A stretch of DNA of 64,000 nucleotides from Macrostomum lignano (Eukaryota), in NCBI GenBank assembly GCA_002269645.1, contig NIVC01001862.1, positions 124,001-188,000 on the forward strand, given 5' to 3'. This document shows positions 1 to 10,547 of the stretch, one piece after another (within the stretch, counting starts at the first letter, position 1; every line of letters begins with the position of its first letter). Position numbers and translations under genes: made by a program. The notes beneath the pieces were generated by a model. That model searched no databases. It was not told the DNA's origin and saw nothing but the letters and a program-made list of their open reading frames with translations.

Positions 1-471
1 AAGACCTCGATTTAGACCGAACACAGTTCAGGCCTCACCCTGCACGCACGCCATCACGTGCTTTTTCAGTTTTTTCTCTAATTTCTCTTTACTTACTTGC
101 ACGCTTGTTGAAGCCTGCGCAAGCTTGCACTGTTTGGACTGGACTACGAATTTATTCATTCACGGCCATGCCTTTGTTGTAGCAGCAGACAGCAGCCAGA
201 GAACTGAGAACTGCATTTTCCGGTTCATGATTTTTTATTAACAAAACGCGGTCATCTCTCATCTGTAGATTGTCATTAGTGCTTAATCAATTTAATTTAG
301 CCTAATTATTTTATTGCATTTTTATTGTTAGTTCAATTTTATTATAGTTTAGTAACTATACTGCGTGTGCCGATTCAACGAAGTGCTAAAAAGATAAAGA
401 AGCGTTTGAAATGTCTGCCATGGTTCACCATGTCGTAAGCACATTTTATGATTGAATCTTATCAATTCTTT

Positions 472-534
472 AATTCTACGACTATGCAATTCTACGACTA
501 TGCAATTCTACGACTATGCAATTCTACGACTATG
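472..534. repeat. Short tandem repeat, 16-bp unit AATTCTACGACTATGC, about 4 copies
   Basis: Read directly from the sequence. Confidence 0.9.
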
Positions 535-587
535 GCATCCGTGGTTTCAAATGCGTCATGACGCATGCTTTTGAAATCTAGAATATT

Positions 588-740
588 GTGTCTGTCTATG
601 TGTCTGTCTGTCTGTCTGTCTATGTGTCTGTCTGTCTGTCTGTCTGTCTATGTGTCTGTCTGTCTGTCTATGTGTCTGTCTGTCTGTCTGTCTGTCTATG
701 TGTCTGTCTGTCTGTCTATGTGTCTGTCTGTCTGTCTATG

Positions 741-789
<49 letters not shown>

Positions 790-963
790 TATGTGTCTTT
801 CTGTCTGTCGTCTGTCTGTCTTATGTGTCTTTCTGTCTGTCGTCTGTCTGTCTGTCTGTCGTCTGTCTGTCTGTCTGTCTTAGTGGCTGTCTGTCTGTAT
901 GTCTTAGTGAATGTCTGTCTGTCTTAGTGTCTGTCTGTCTGTCTTTCTGTCTGTCGTCTGTCC

Positions 964-1007
<44 letters not shown>

Positions 1008-1099
1008 TTCTGTGTCGGTCTTAGTGTCTGTCTGTCTGTGTCGGTCTTAGTGTCTGTCTGTCTGACTGTCTGACTGTCTTAGTGTCTGTCTGTCTGTCA

Positions 1100-1130
<31 letters not shown>
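588..1130. repeat. (TCTG)n / GACA-type microsatellite with TATG and TTAG variants
   Basis: Read directly. It produces the spurious CLSV-repeat ORFs at 565-1073. Confidence 0.97.
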
Positions 1131-1132
<2 letters not shown>

Positions 1133-1201
1133 TTTGGTATCTGCCTTAGTATCTGTCTGACTCAACTACCCCTTATAATCATTGCCACTACCCCTCAGCC
1201 A

Positions 1202-4200
1202 ATGTACTCAGCCAACGGCAGTACGTCCTCAGCCGTTGCAGTCCCCGGCAGCAGCGGCGGCACCAGTGTGGTTGTCACCGGCTCCCACCCATCTGGAAGT
1301 GTCATTCAACTGTCAGCTGTCCAGTCGATGCCGCAGATGCCTGCTGCGCTACCCACAGAGGCAGGCTTTCAAACTGCTTTAACCGCGGCGCCTATGGTGT
1401 CATATTGCACCCTGCCGCAGGGCACCATGACTCAGCATCATCAGCAGCATTATCAGCATCTAATCCAGCCTCCTCAGTCCCAGCATCACAATCCTCATCA
1501 TGAACAGCAGCAGCAGCAGCAACATCATATTCAGCTAGCTTCGTTCAAGCAAGATTCTTCTAGTGGCAACGTGACCGAATTTCTGGGAAACGTTCACAGC
1601 GGCCCGGTGCCGTACCAGCTGGTGACGGGTAGCAACGGTCAGACCTACATGATACGTGGGGATCAGCTTCATCTGCTTAGTCAGCAGCCGCAGTTGCTGG
1701 CTCAATTAATTGATTCTGCACAGACTCCTCAGGTGCTTCATCAGGCGCCGCCGCCGCCGCCTCTGCAGCAGGCTCCGCTGCCGTTGCCTCAGGGTCAGAC
1801 TCATGTGATCATGGCTGCTCATACTCAAGCTCCGGTGCCGCTTCCGCCAGTACAGCAGCAGCAGCAGCAACAGCAACAGCAAAGTCTGCTTCAAGCAAAA
1901 TTAGAAGCTTGCTCTCAAGATTCTACAGTCATAGTTAAACCGAACACTCCCCAGCCTCCTCCGATGATGATATCAGCGTCTATAGTTCCTCAGCCTACTC
2001 AAACTCAGACTATAACCCATGCTGTTGTTTCTACAGCTAATAAAAGAACAGCAGGAACAGCTGCTAGTACGGGCAAGTCTGCAGCAAAATCAGCCAGTGC
2101 ATTTGTTGCAGCCTCTGCATCAATTGATAACAGCGGCGTCAATTCCGAATCAGATGATCCATTGTCTTCTGGTCCTGGCGGCGCGCCTGGGTCAGCTAAT
2201 TCTAATTCTAAGAAAAAAACTGTGCCTACTATTTCGACTGGCAGGCGGTGTCTTAAGTCGGAAAAGGTTCGTTGTGATATCAGATGTGTTGTTGATTCTT
2301 TCCCATTGCTTCAAGTCCCTGTCCTTGATGTCCCCCTCCCTAGCTTCAAGTCCCTGTCCTTGATGTCCCCCTAGCTTTAAATCCCAAATCCCCATCATTT
2401 ATTTCCCCCAGCGTCAATTCCCCATCATTGACTTCCCCGTAGCTTCAAATCCCAAATCCTCATCCTTAATTTCCCTACGGATTCAAACCCCAAATCCCCA
2501 TCCTTGATTTCCTTATGGATTCAAATCCCAAATCCCCATCCTTGATTTTCCCATGTGTTCAAAATCCCAAATCCCTATCCTTGATTGTCCCATGGATTCA
2601 AATCCCAAATCCCCATCCTTGATTTCCCCATAGATTCAAAATTCAAATCCCAGTCTTTATTCTCCCATAGCTTCAATTCCCCATCCTTGATCCCCCCCAT
2701 GGCTTCAAATCCCAAATCCTCATCCTTATTCCCCCCTAGCTTCAAATTCCAAATCCCATCCTTGATTTCCCCTAGAAATGAAATTCCAAATCTCCATCCT
2801 TGATTTCCCCTAGAAATCGAAATGCAAATCCCCATCCTTGATTTCCCCTAGAAATCGAAATACAAATCCCCATCCTTGATTTCCCCAATCCCTAATTTCC
2901 CTCATAAAAATTTCCTGTAATCCCCAAATCCGTCGATCCGCGCACTCGCAGGTGAACAGCGAAGAATCAGTTCGCCGGGCAAAACGACGCGAGAGGAACC
3001 GAGTCGCCGCGGCCAAGTGCCGCAAGAAGCGGCAGGACCAAATCGAATGCCTCACTGATGAAGCCAGCGGGCTAGAGAATGATAACAGCGAGCTGGAGGC
3101 TGAGATTGCCGAGCTTTTGAACAGAAAGTCCCAGCTGATGTGCCTGCTGCAGGTGAGGAGGCTCGGGCGTGCTGTGCGCTTGCATTTATTCTTTTGAGGT
3201 TTGTGGTCCGACCGGGCGTAGCTTGGTTGGGTGTTAAACCAGTGGGGCGTGGCTCTTGTGCGTTGGTGCGGGGGGTGGTGGGCCGGGCCTTGGTCACGTG
3301 CCCGCGGCCTGGGTGGCGTTTTATTTAATGCGGTGCGGGCTGTCGCTGACCCGCCAAGCGCGTATTGGGATGTTGGGATGCTGAGATGTTGGGATTCTGG
3401 ATTGGGATGTTGGGATGCTGAGATGTTGGGATTCTGTATTGGGATGTTGGGATTCTGGATTGGGATGTTGGGATGCTGAGATTTTGGGATTCTGCATTGG
3501 GATGTTGGGATTCTGGATTGGGACTTTGGGATTCTGGATTGGGATGTTGGGATTCTGGATTGGGATGTTGGGATTCTGGATTGGGATGTTGGGATTCTGG
3601 ATTGGGATGTTGGGATTCTGGATTGGGAATTTGGGATTCTGGTATTTGGATTGGGATTCTGTATTGGGATGCTGAGATTCTGGATTGGGATGTTGGGATT
3701 CTCGATTGGGATGTTGGGATTCTGAATTCGAATGTTGGGATTCTGGGTTGGGATGTTGGGATTCTGGATTCAAATGTTGGGATTCCGGATTTGGATTTTG
3801 GGATTCTGGGTTGAGATGTTGGGATTCTGGATTGGGATTCAGAAATTGTACTTGCATCTTCCCTACTCCTTACCTCCAGGCTCATCAGCTGGAGTGCCCG
3901 GAGGCTGCATCTAATCTGGTGATCCCAGCTCTGCCTCCCATATCGCTTGAGCTGAGCCGGCAGTCCCAGCAGCAGCACCAGCAAACGCCAACTCCTCCAT
4001 CGCTTCGCAGCAACAGTCCGGGTGACTTAGACAACGATCCCATCGATGAGGGCGCGGCGCTGCATCCTGCTTCATCTGCAGCCGTCGGAAAATCGTTCAA
4101 CAAACCGACACAGGCCGCTGCCACCGCCGCCGACTTTGATCCCAATAAATCGGGAATCGAACCCGAGTCCTTCACTGTTGTACTGAATAATCCTTCAACT

Positions 4201-4416
4201 TCTTCGCAGCAGCATCCTCAACAGACTACTCTGCTGCCTCCATTGCATTCGATTGTGTCCTCTTTGCCCAGCTTGAGTTTTGCCTCATCTGCAGGACAGA
4301 TTAACTGCGCGCAGTCCCAGCCTCAGTCAGCTGATGGGGATCGGCAGCAGCAACAGCTTCCGCCAGATCTAGCTCCCCTGTTTGCGCTCAAGCAGGAGAC
4401 TTTCTTGCACCTTTGA
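1202..4416 (+). CDS. Fos/ATF3-family bZIP transcription factor with Q/P-rich N-terminus. Exons 1202-2266, 2952-3152, 3880-4416
   Basis: Phase-0 GT-AG joins: AAG|GTTCGT at 2266, CGCAG|GTG at 2952, CAG|GTGAGG at 3152, TCCAG|GCT at 3880. Basic region RRERNRVAAAKCRKKR, leucine heptads, and a Fos-like post-zipper LQAHQLEC (compare LAAHRPAC). An acceptor CCCCTCAG ends at 1198, so the true N-terminus may lie further upstream. Confidence 0.88.
2305..2910. repeat. Degenerate C-rich minisatellite (AAATCCCAAATCCCCATCCTTGATTT-like) in intron 1 of the bZIP gene
   Basis: Read directly. Confidence 0.9.
3365..3842. repeat. G-rich ~21-bp minisatellite (GGGATGTTGGGATTCTGGATT) in intron 2 of the bZIP gene
   Basis: Read directly. 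Confidence 0.93.
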
Positions 4417-4860
4417 TCGGGAATCGGGATCTCAGGTATTTTAAGGGATCAGGAATCGGGATCTCAGGTATTTTAAGGGATCAGGAATCGGGATCTAAGG
4501 TAATTCAAGGGATCATGAATCGCAATCTAGGTATTTTCTGGATCATGAATCGGAATATCAGGTAGTTTAGGGATCAGAAATTGGGATCTCAGGTGGTTTA
4601 GGGATCAGGAATCGGGATCTCAGGTATTTCAAAGGATCAGGAATCGGGATCTCAGGTATTTCAAAGGATCAGGAATCGGGGTCTCAAGGTAGTTTAGGGA
4701 TCAGGAATCAGGATCTCATCTCAAGGTAGTTTAGGGATCAGGAATCAGGATCTCAAGGTAGTTTAGGGATCGGGCATCGGGATCTCGGGTAGTTTAGGGA
4801 TCAGGAATCAGGATCTCAGGTATTTCTTGGGATCTAGGGTAATTCAAGGGATGAGGATCT
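4417..4860. repeat. Minisatellite (GGATCAGGAATCGGGATCTCAGGTA...) starting at the bZIP stop codon
   Basis: Read directly. Confidence 0.9.
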
Positions 4861-5499
4861 TAGGCCTTCTGCTGCACATTTGCGCGTCTATTTTTGCTGT
4901 AACGACATTTCATATTCCATTTCAAAATCCCAGTGTTTAAGTACTACGAGCTATTTTTTATGCATTGACATCCTACGCCGTTTAAATTATAATGAAGTCA
5001 GTTGTATTTTATTTAACTCTCCGCCAATTCATTATTTTTTGAGCAGTTGCTCGCAGCGCTAAAATAATCCATCTGCTTAATGCAAAACTCATTATTTTCT
5101 ATTCTAGTCTTACAGCAAAAGATTTTTCAGGTGGATCATTTCGACTGCCATTTTAAACTAGAATTGCTTGCTTGCAGTTTTAAGCATTATGACTACTGAT
5201 AGTAGGCAAGGAGTTTTTATGCGTGTTTTATACTCTGACTTTTTAATGATCTTTTTATCCTGCTATAATGTTTTATCAGCATGGCTTTGTATATTTAGTA
5301 AAGTATTTATTAATCACGTAATCTACTATAAATAGCATGTTTGCACTGCACATTTTCTGTAAAGTCTGCACGTTTTCAAGCTTTTTTCACTAATTTGCTT
5401 TAACACGCTTCCATTTTATGCGAGTATTTTGTTTATTCAAGCATTAACTCTTTGGTTTGCGGTTGCTTGGGAGTTTGCCTTCTCCAAAGTCGTCACAAT

Positions 5500-5880
5500 T
5501 GGATTAAGAAGTTTCTTGGAATCCTCATGGTTTGAGTCCTTTAAGATCAAGAATTTTCTTAGAATCCTCACGGTTTGAGATCAAGAAGTTTCTTAGAATC
5601 CCCACGGTTTGAGATCAAGAAGTTTCTTAGAGTCCTCACGGTTTGGGATTGAAGAAGTTTCTTAGAATCCTCACGGTTTGGGATTGAAGAAGTTTCTTAG
5701 AATCCTCACGGTTTGGGATTGAAGAAGTTTCTTAGAATCCTCACGGTTTGGGATTGAAGAAGTTTCTTAGAATCCTCACGGTTTGGGATTGAAGAAGTTT
5801 CTTAGAATCCTCACGGTTTAGGATTAAGAAGTTTCTAAGAATCCTCACGGTTTAGGATTAAGAAGTTTCTAAGAATCCTC
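5500..5880. repeat. ~35-bp minisatellite (AAGAAGTTTCTTAGAATCCTCACGGTTTGGGATTG)
   Basis: Read directly. Confidence 0.9.
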
Positions 5881-7258
5881 GCAAACACAAGCAACATTTT
5901 AGCAACATTTTTCTGTAAATTTGGCCAACAAACTGCTTAATTTGAAAGAATTTGCACAGGTCTTCTCTGTTCCTTGCATGTGCATGCCCCTTTTATATTG
6001 GCTATATTTATTAGGAATTTTAACAAAAATTAGCACTGATTTGAATTGCCAATTGTTTGCACTGTGCACTACTGCTGAAATTTATCTATTTTATTTTCAA
6101 CGCATGACCACTCAAATTAATTTAAAAGTTGTAAAAAAGATTTTTAATGCTGAAAGTGTTCTGACACGACTACTGCCCAGTGACAAACCATTGTTAGTAG
6201 TAAGTTAAGCGCATTGATTTAGCCAGTTTTTTTATAAATTCGGTGCTTCTTTGTTGACATTTGACAAACTATTGTTGTAAATCTTGTATTTTTGGCAGCC
6301 AGTAAAATTTTATTTTCTACTTGAATTTTGTCAATTTGCCCGCCTGCTAATTGCGAAATTTTGAGACAAAGCTTTTAATTTTCGACTAAATCAAAGCCAT
6401 TTTATCTATCAGTCCCGGCGCTATCGCTTTTACAATTTATAATGTTCTTTTTGTGTGTGCGCATTGCCTGTATTGAAAAAGCCAATCAAATAAAATCAAG
6501 GTAAATTGCCTGAAATTTCACAAATTCCATGCCACGAAAATTCCCTATTAAATGCTGAAGTTGTTAGTTTTTGCTCTCTGAATAAATTTTGTGCGTAAAA
6601 TGTTTATATTTCTACTTAGTTAAGTAGCTGAATTAGCGACACTGGAAAAATTAATGTTGCACTGGGAGGGAATCCGCCTATTTAGTTCCATGTTCGTCTG
6701 GTCTTCTGTTTTTGAATTCGTTGCGCTACGCTGCATGTCACGTGACTCTGCATCCACCCCATGCCTCATCCTCCGCGTGTGCCTTAAAATAGTCACCGGA
6801 CTGCTATTTCTTTATTATATGAAATCTACACATTGGGGGAGGATGAGTTTAAACGCAAAAACTATATTCTGGCTAAAGCCAAGGCATTTCCGCGGCCTAT
6901 CTTCGGAGTTTCCAAGTTGAATCCGTGGGTGTTGCCGTACATTGCAATGCTAGGCTAAGCCAAGGCATTTCTACGGCATATCGTCGGAGTTTCCAAGTTG
7001 AATCCGTGGGTGTTACTGTGCAGCACAATATTATAAGGAACAATTCACCTTGGCCTCTCCCTGCAGCCAATAGCATGCGGACTTTAACTGTGCCGTACGC
7101 ACTTTATTATTTTTTATAAGTTCCATGTACGTACAAGTATCAAACTAATTGCCAAGATTCATTCCATGGCAATCTCGTGAGCTGTCCTTGGTCTCGCCGT
7201 GGACCAACCAACTGTGTAAGGCTTGCTGTACGCCTTACAAGGTACTATCAATTGGGGT

Positions 7259-7266
7259 ATATAAGC
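7259..7266 (+). promoter_or_regulatory. Candidate TATA box (TATATAAG) of the second bZIP gene
   Basis: Lies about 100 nt upstream of the ATG at 7357. Supported by motif match and position only. Confidence 0.45.
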
Positions 7267-7356
7267 TGCGTTCGGCCTCCCCAGGAGGCTATAACTCTCC
7301 GAGAGCAAGCCAAAAGCAGCTGCACTTACATTATAACAGCCAGCAACACAACTGTA

Positions 7357-8579
7357 ATGTATTTCGAAGACGTCGAGCTCCGAAACGAATTTCTGGCCAG
7401 ACAGCAGCCAGAGATGACATCCACGCCTCGTTTTCCACCGCCGATGGACACTGACGATACGGACTTTGACAAGTTCTTCAGTGACATTCTGCCTGACCCG
7501 GTCTCGCCACCCACCAGTCACATGCAGCAGATGTCCATGGAGCAGCCGCTCGAGCAGCCCAGTCACATGCAGCAGATGTCCATGGAGCAGCCGCCCGAGC
7601 AGCCGGCCATTGACAGCATGATGGAGACGCCTCAAGTGCCGTACGATCCAGACTTGAGCTTCGACGCTACTAAGCAGGTGATCAAGCAGGAGAAAATGTC
7701 CGGCTTCTTAGACACCTGGACTCAGTTCTCTGAGCAGCCCGCCTGCGACGACTCGATGTCGATTGCTGCATCCGCTGACGAGCAGAAGCAGACGGAGAGC
7801 AACCTCATCAAGACGGAACTAAACTGCCGGATCCAGCTGAAGATGCTGCAACAGGGCAAGGAGTTCAAGCCCGAAGAAGATGCCAAGCCCGCCCAAGAAC
7901 ACCCAGTAAGCTAATTCTTCATCATCTGCTTGAGACGAGTTCTCGAATAATGCATACATGTATATTATAGACAAATATGTTTATGAAACACACTGCAGCT
8001 CAGCCAGGAAACTCTGGAACTGCAGCGAGTCCGACGGGAGAAGAATCGCGAAGCCGCTAAGAAATGCCGCCAGAAGAAGAAACTAACAGAGCGCCAGCAG
8101 GAGGAGGTGAGCAGCTCTGTACATTAGTGCCACGTGTCACGTGAGATACGAAATATTAGACAGATATACTTATATTTTTTCAAAAACACAAATGTAGGCA
8201 AATATCATATGATAACACTGATAAGAGACATTCTAAACCGAAAACTTTTTTGCTTATTTTTTTGTTGCAGAAACTGCGCCAAGCCGAGAAAGAAGTGGAA
8301 CAGTTGCGGAAGCAGCTTGAGGAGGAGAGGCAAAACTACGCAACAGAGCTGAACAAGTTCCAGAGCTTCCCCTGCTTCATGGCCTATCTGAAGCAGAATC
8401 GGGACGCTTTGAAGTCGCCAATTTTGAAGGCAACTCTGCAGTCTTACACTCGGTGCCAGCAGCAGGGCGGCAAAGTTGGCCAGGTGAAAGCGTGCACCTG
8501 CGGCAGCGGCGGCGGCGGTGGCGGCAGCGGCATCGGCCATGTCATCCCGTTTGGCACAGGCTTCAGCATTGAGCAATAA
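7357..8579 (+). CDS. atf3: ATF3/JDP2-like bZIP protein. Exons 7357-7905, 7999-8106, 8271-8579
   Basis: Phase-0 joins: CCA|GTAAGC, CTGCAG|CTC, GAG|GTGAGC, TTGCAG|AAA. The 108-nt exon encodes LSQETLELQRVRREKNREAAKKCRQKKKLTERQQEE. The upstream motif IKTELNCRIQLK resembles ATF3 VKEELRFAIQNK. Confidence 0.8.
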
Positions 8580-9537
8580 AGACAAATGCTAATCTGAACT
8601 TCCCTGCATGTACATATATGATAAATTGTGAATAGTTTCCGTTGTATTATTGTTGACTTTGTCTGCGTGGTAAATCAACTAAATACAGAAGGTGTGTAAT
8701 CAGACAATTCAAACAGTAAATGTACAATATAGGCCAAAAATTGCCAGCTTTGTATTTTTAAAAATAAAATTCTCATATTAAAAGCAAAGTAGTTTGAGGT
8801 TTGAGGTGGCCAAAATTCAAACACATCATTTTCAACTGCGCCATACATACATTGCGCCTGCATTGCGACTATACTGTTCGTAATAAAACCATATTTTTGT
8901 AAATCGTCAGTTCTCACTAACCCATATCACTTAATTGTGTCTGATTAATATTTGAAAATACAATTATAAGCGATTTGCGAGCAATAAACGATGTTAAGAT
9001 GAGATTTTAATCGTTTAAACCGACAGCTCTCTGCGTTGCAATTTGCTTTTTTCGATTTCGTCATTTCACTGGTGGCCAAGCCTGTAAGCCAAAGCAATCT
9101 AAATTTAGCAATCCAAGTGAAGTAATGCGAGTGGGCATTGTCTACTATGCCATCTCTAGTTAAGCATTCAAGCATAGTGTTCACTTACATGGAGCTAAAA
9201 TATGGAACAAAATTTCCTGTCCATGCGCATGTAAATGACGCGCATTCTAAAATAGGAAGCATGCATGGATGCCCAAAAAGACCCGGATGGTACGACTAAT
9301 TTTCACGGAAATTCCGAGAAAAAAATAGATTCCACACAGTTAGCTGACTAACGAAATATGGCGAAATGTTTTTATAAAATTGAAGTTTCCTTCTCAATAC
9401 ACGCTACTTACAGGTAAAGAAGTAGCATATATGGTGTACTGTATAGAATATAAACAAAATTTAATTGCGTCTAATTACTGACTGCAGTAAAAAACATCTT
9501 GCTCTTCGTGTAATTGTTCCTGACAACCTGACGGAGC

Positions 9538-10115
9538 TTCGAGACAAGGTCGCCAACTTCAAGACAAGGAGGCAATCTTTGAGACAATGTCTCCAGTTCT
9601 GAGACAAGGTTTCCAGTTTTGAGACAAGGTCGCCAACTTCAAGACAAGGTGGCAATCTTTCGAGACAAGCTCGCCAGTTTTGAGACAAGCTCGCCAGAAT
9701 AAAGATAAGGTCGCTAGTTTTGAGACAAGCTCGCCAGAATAAAGATAAGGTCACCAGCTTCGAGACAATGTCGCCAGCTTCAAGACAAGGTCGCCAGCTT
9801 CAAGACAAGGTCGCCAGCTTCAAGACAAGGTCGCCAGTCTCAAGACAAGGTCGCCAGCTTCAAGACAAGGTCGCCAGCTTCGAGACAAGGTCGCCAGCTT
9901 CAAGACAAGGTCGCCAGCTTCGAGACAAGGTCACCAGTTTTGAGACAAGCTCGCCAGAATAAAGATTAGGTCGCCAGTTTTGAGACAAGCTCGCCAGAAT
10001 AAAGATTAGGTCGCCAGTTTTGAGACAAGGTCGCCAGCTTCAAGACAAGGTCGCCAGCTGCAAGACAAGGTCGCCAGCTTCAAGATAAAGTCGCCAGCTT
10101 CAAGACAAGATCGGC
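9538..10115. repeat. ~20-bp minisatellite (TCGCCAGCTTCAAGACAAGG)
   Basis: Read directly. Confidence 0.93.
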
Positions 10116-10506
10116 AACATGCTAAAAGCCAAGGTCGGCCAGCATCTTCAAGATAAGTTCGCATTGCCTTCAATCCTATGAAAGGCCCATTATTTATCGT
10201 ATTTTATATGCATTGGGCTACCTATTCAAGGCGAGATGGAAGCAGCGATGTTAGAGGGAGGCAGAAAGAAGAGAAAGAGAGCGGTTTGTGTATGGACAGG
10301 CAGGCAAGTGCGCTGCACAGGTAGGCAGTTCAAGAGAGTCTATCAAGCCTAGCTTGCATGACGGTGTCCATTCAAGCCCTTCCCCTCTATTATAAGCGCA
10401 CAATCAGAGCCAGCGCCTCCATAGCTACGGAGAGTTCAACCTTGCTTTTAATACAGCCAGCACTATCTAAAAACGCTTCTGGCACCCATCGGAGAGAAAC
10501 TGAAAC

Positions 10507-10516
10507 GGTATAAATA
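10507..10516 (+). promoter_or_regulatory. Candidate TATA box (GGTATAAATA)
   Basis: Lies about 40 nt upstream of the ATG at 10548. Confidence 0.45.
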
Positions 10517-10547
10517 GCGCTCTCAAATCCAGCGACTGACCACCGAA

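Noticed and set aside
565-1073. CLSV-repeat ORFs (also at 13886-14561 and 54603-55752)
   Set aside because: Translations of (TCTG)n microsatellites.
5500-5880. ~35-bp repeats of CRISPR-like length (also the 31-bp array at 49972)
   Set aside because: Units are contiguous with no unique spacers, there are no cas genes, and the context is eukaryotic.
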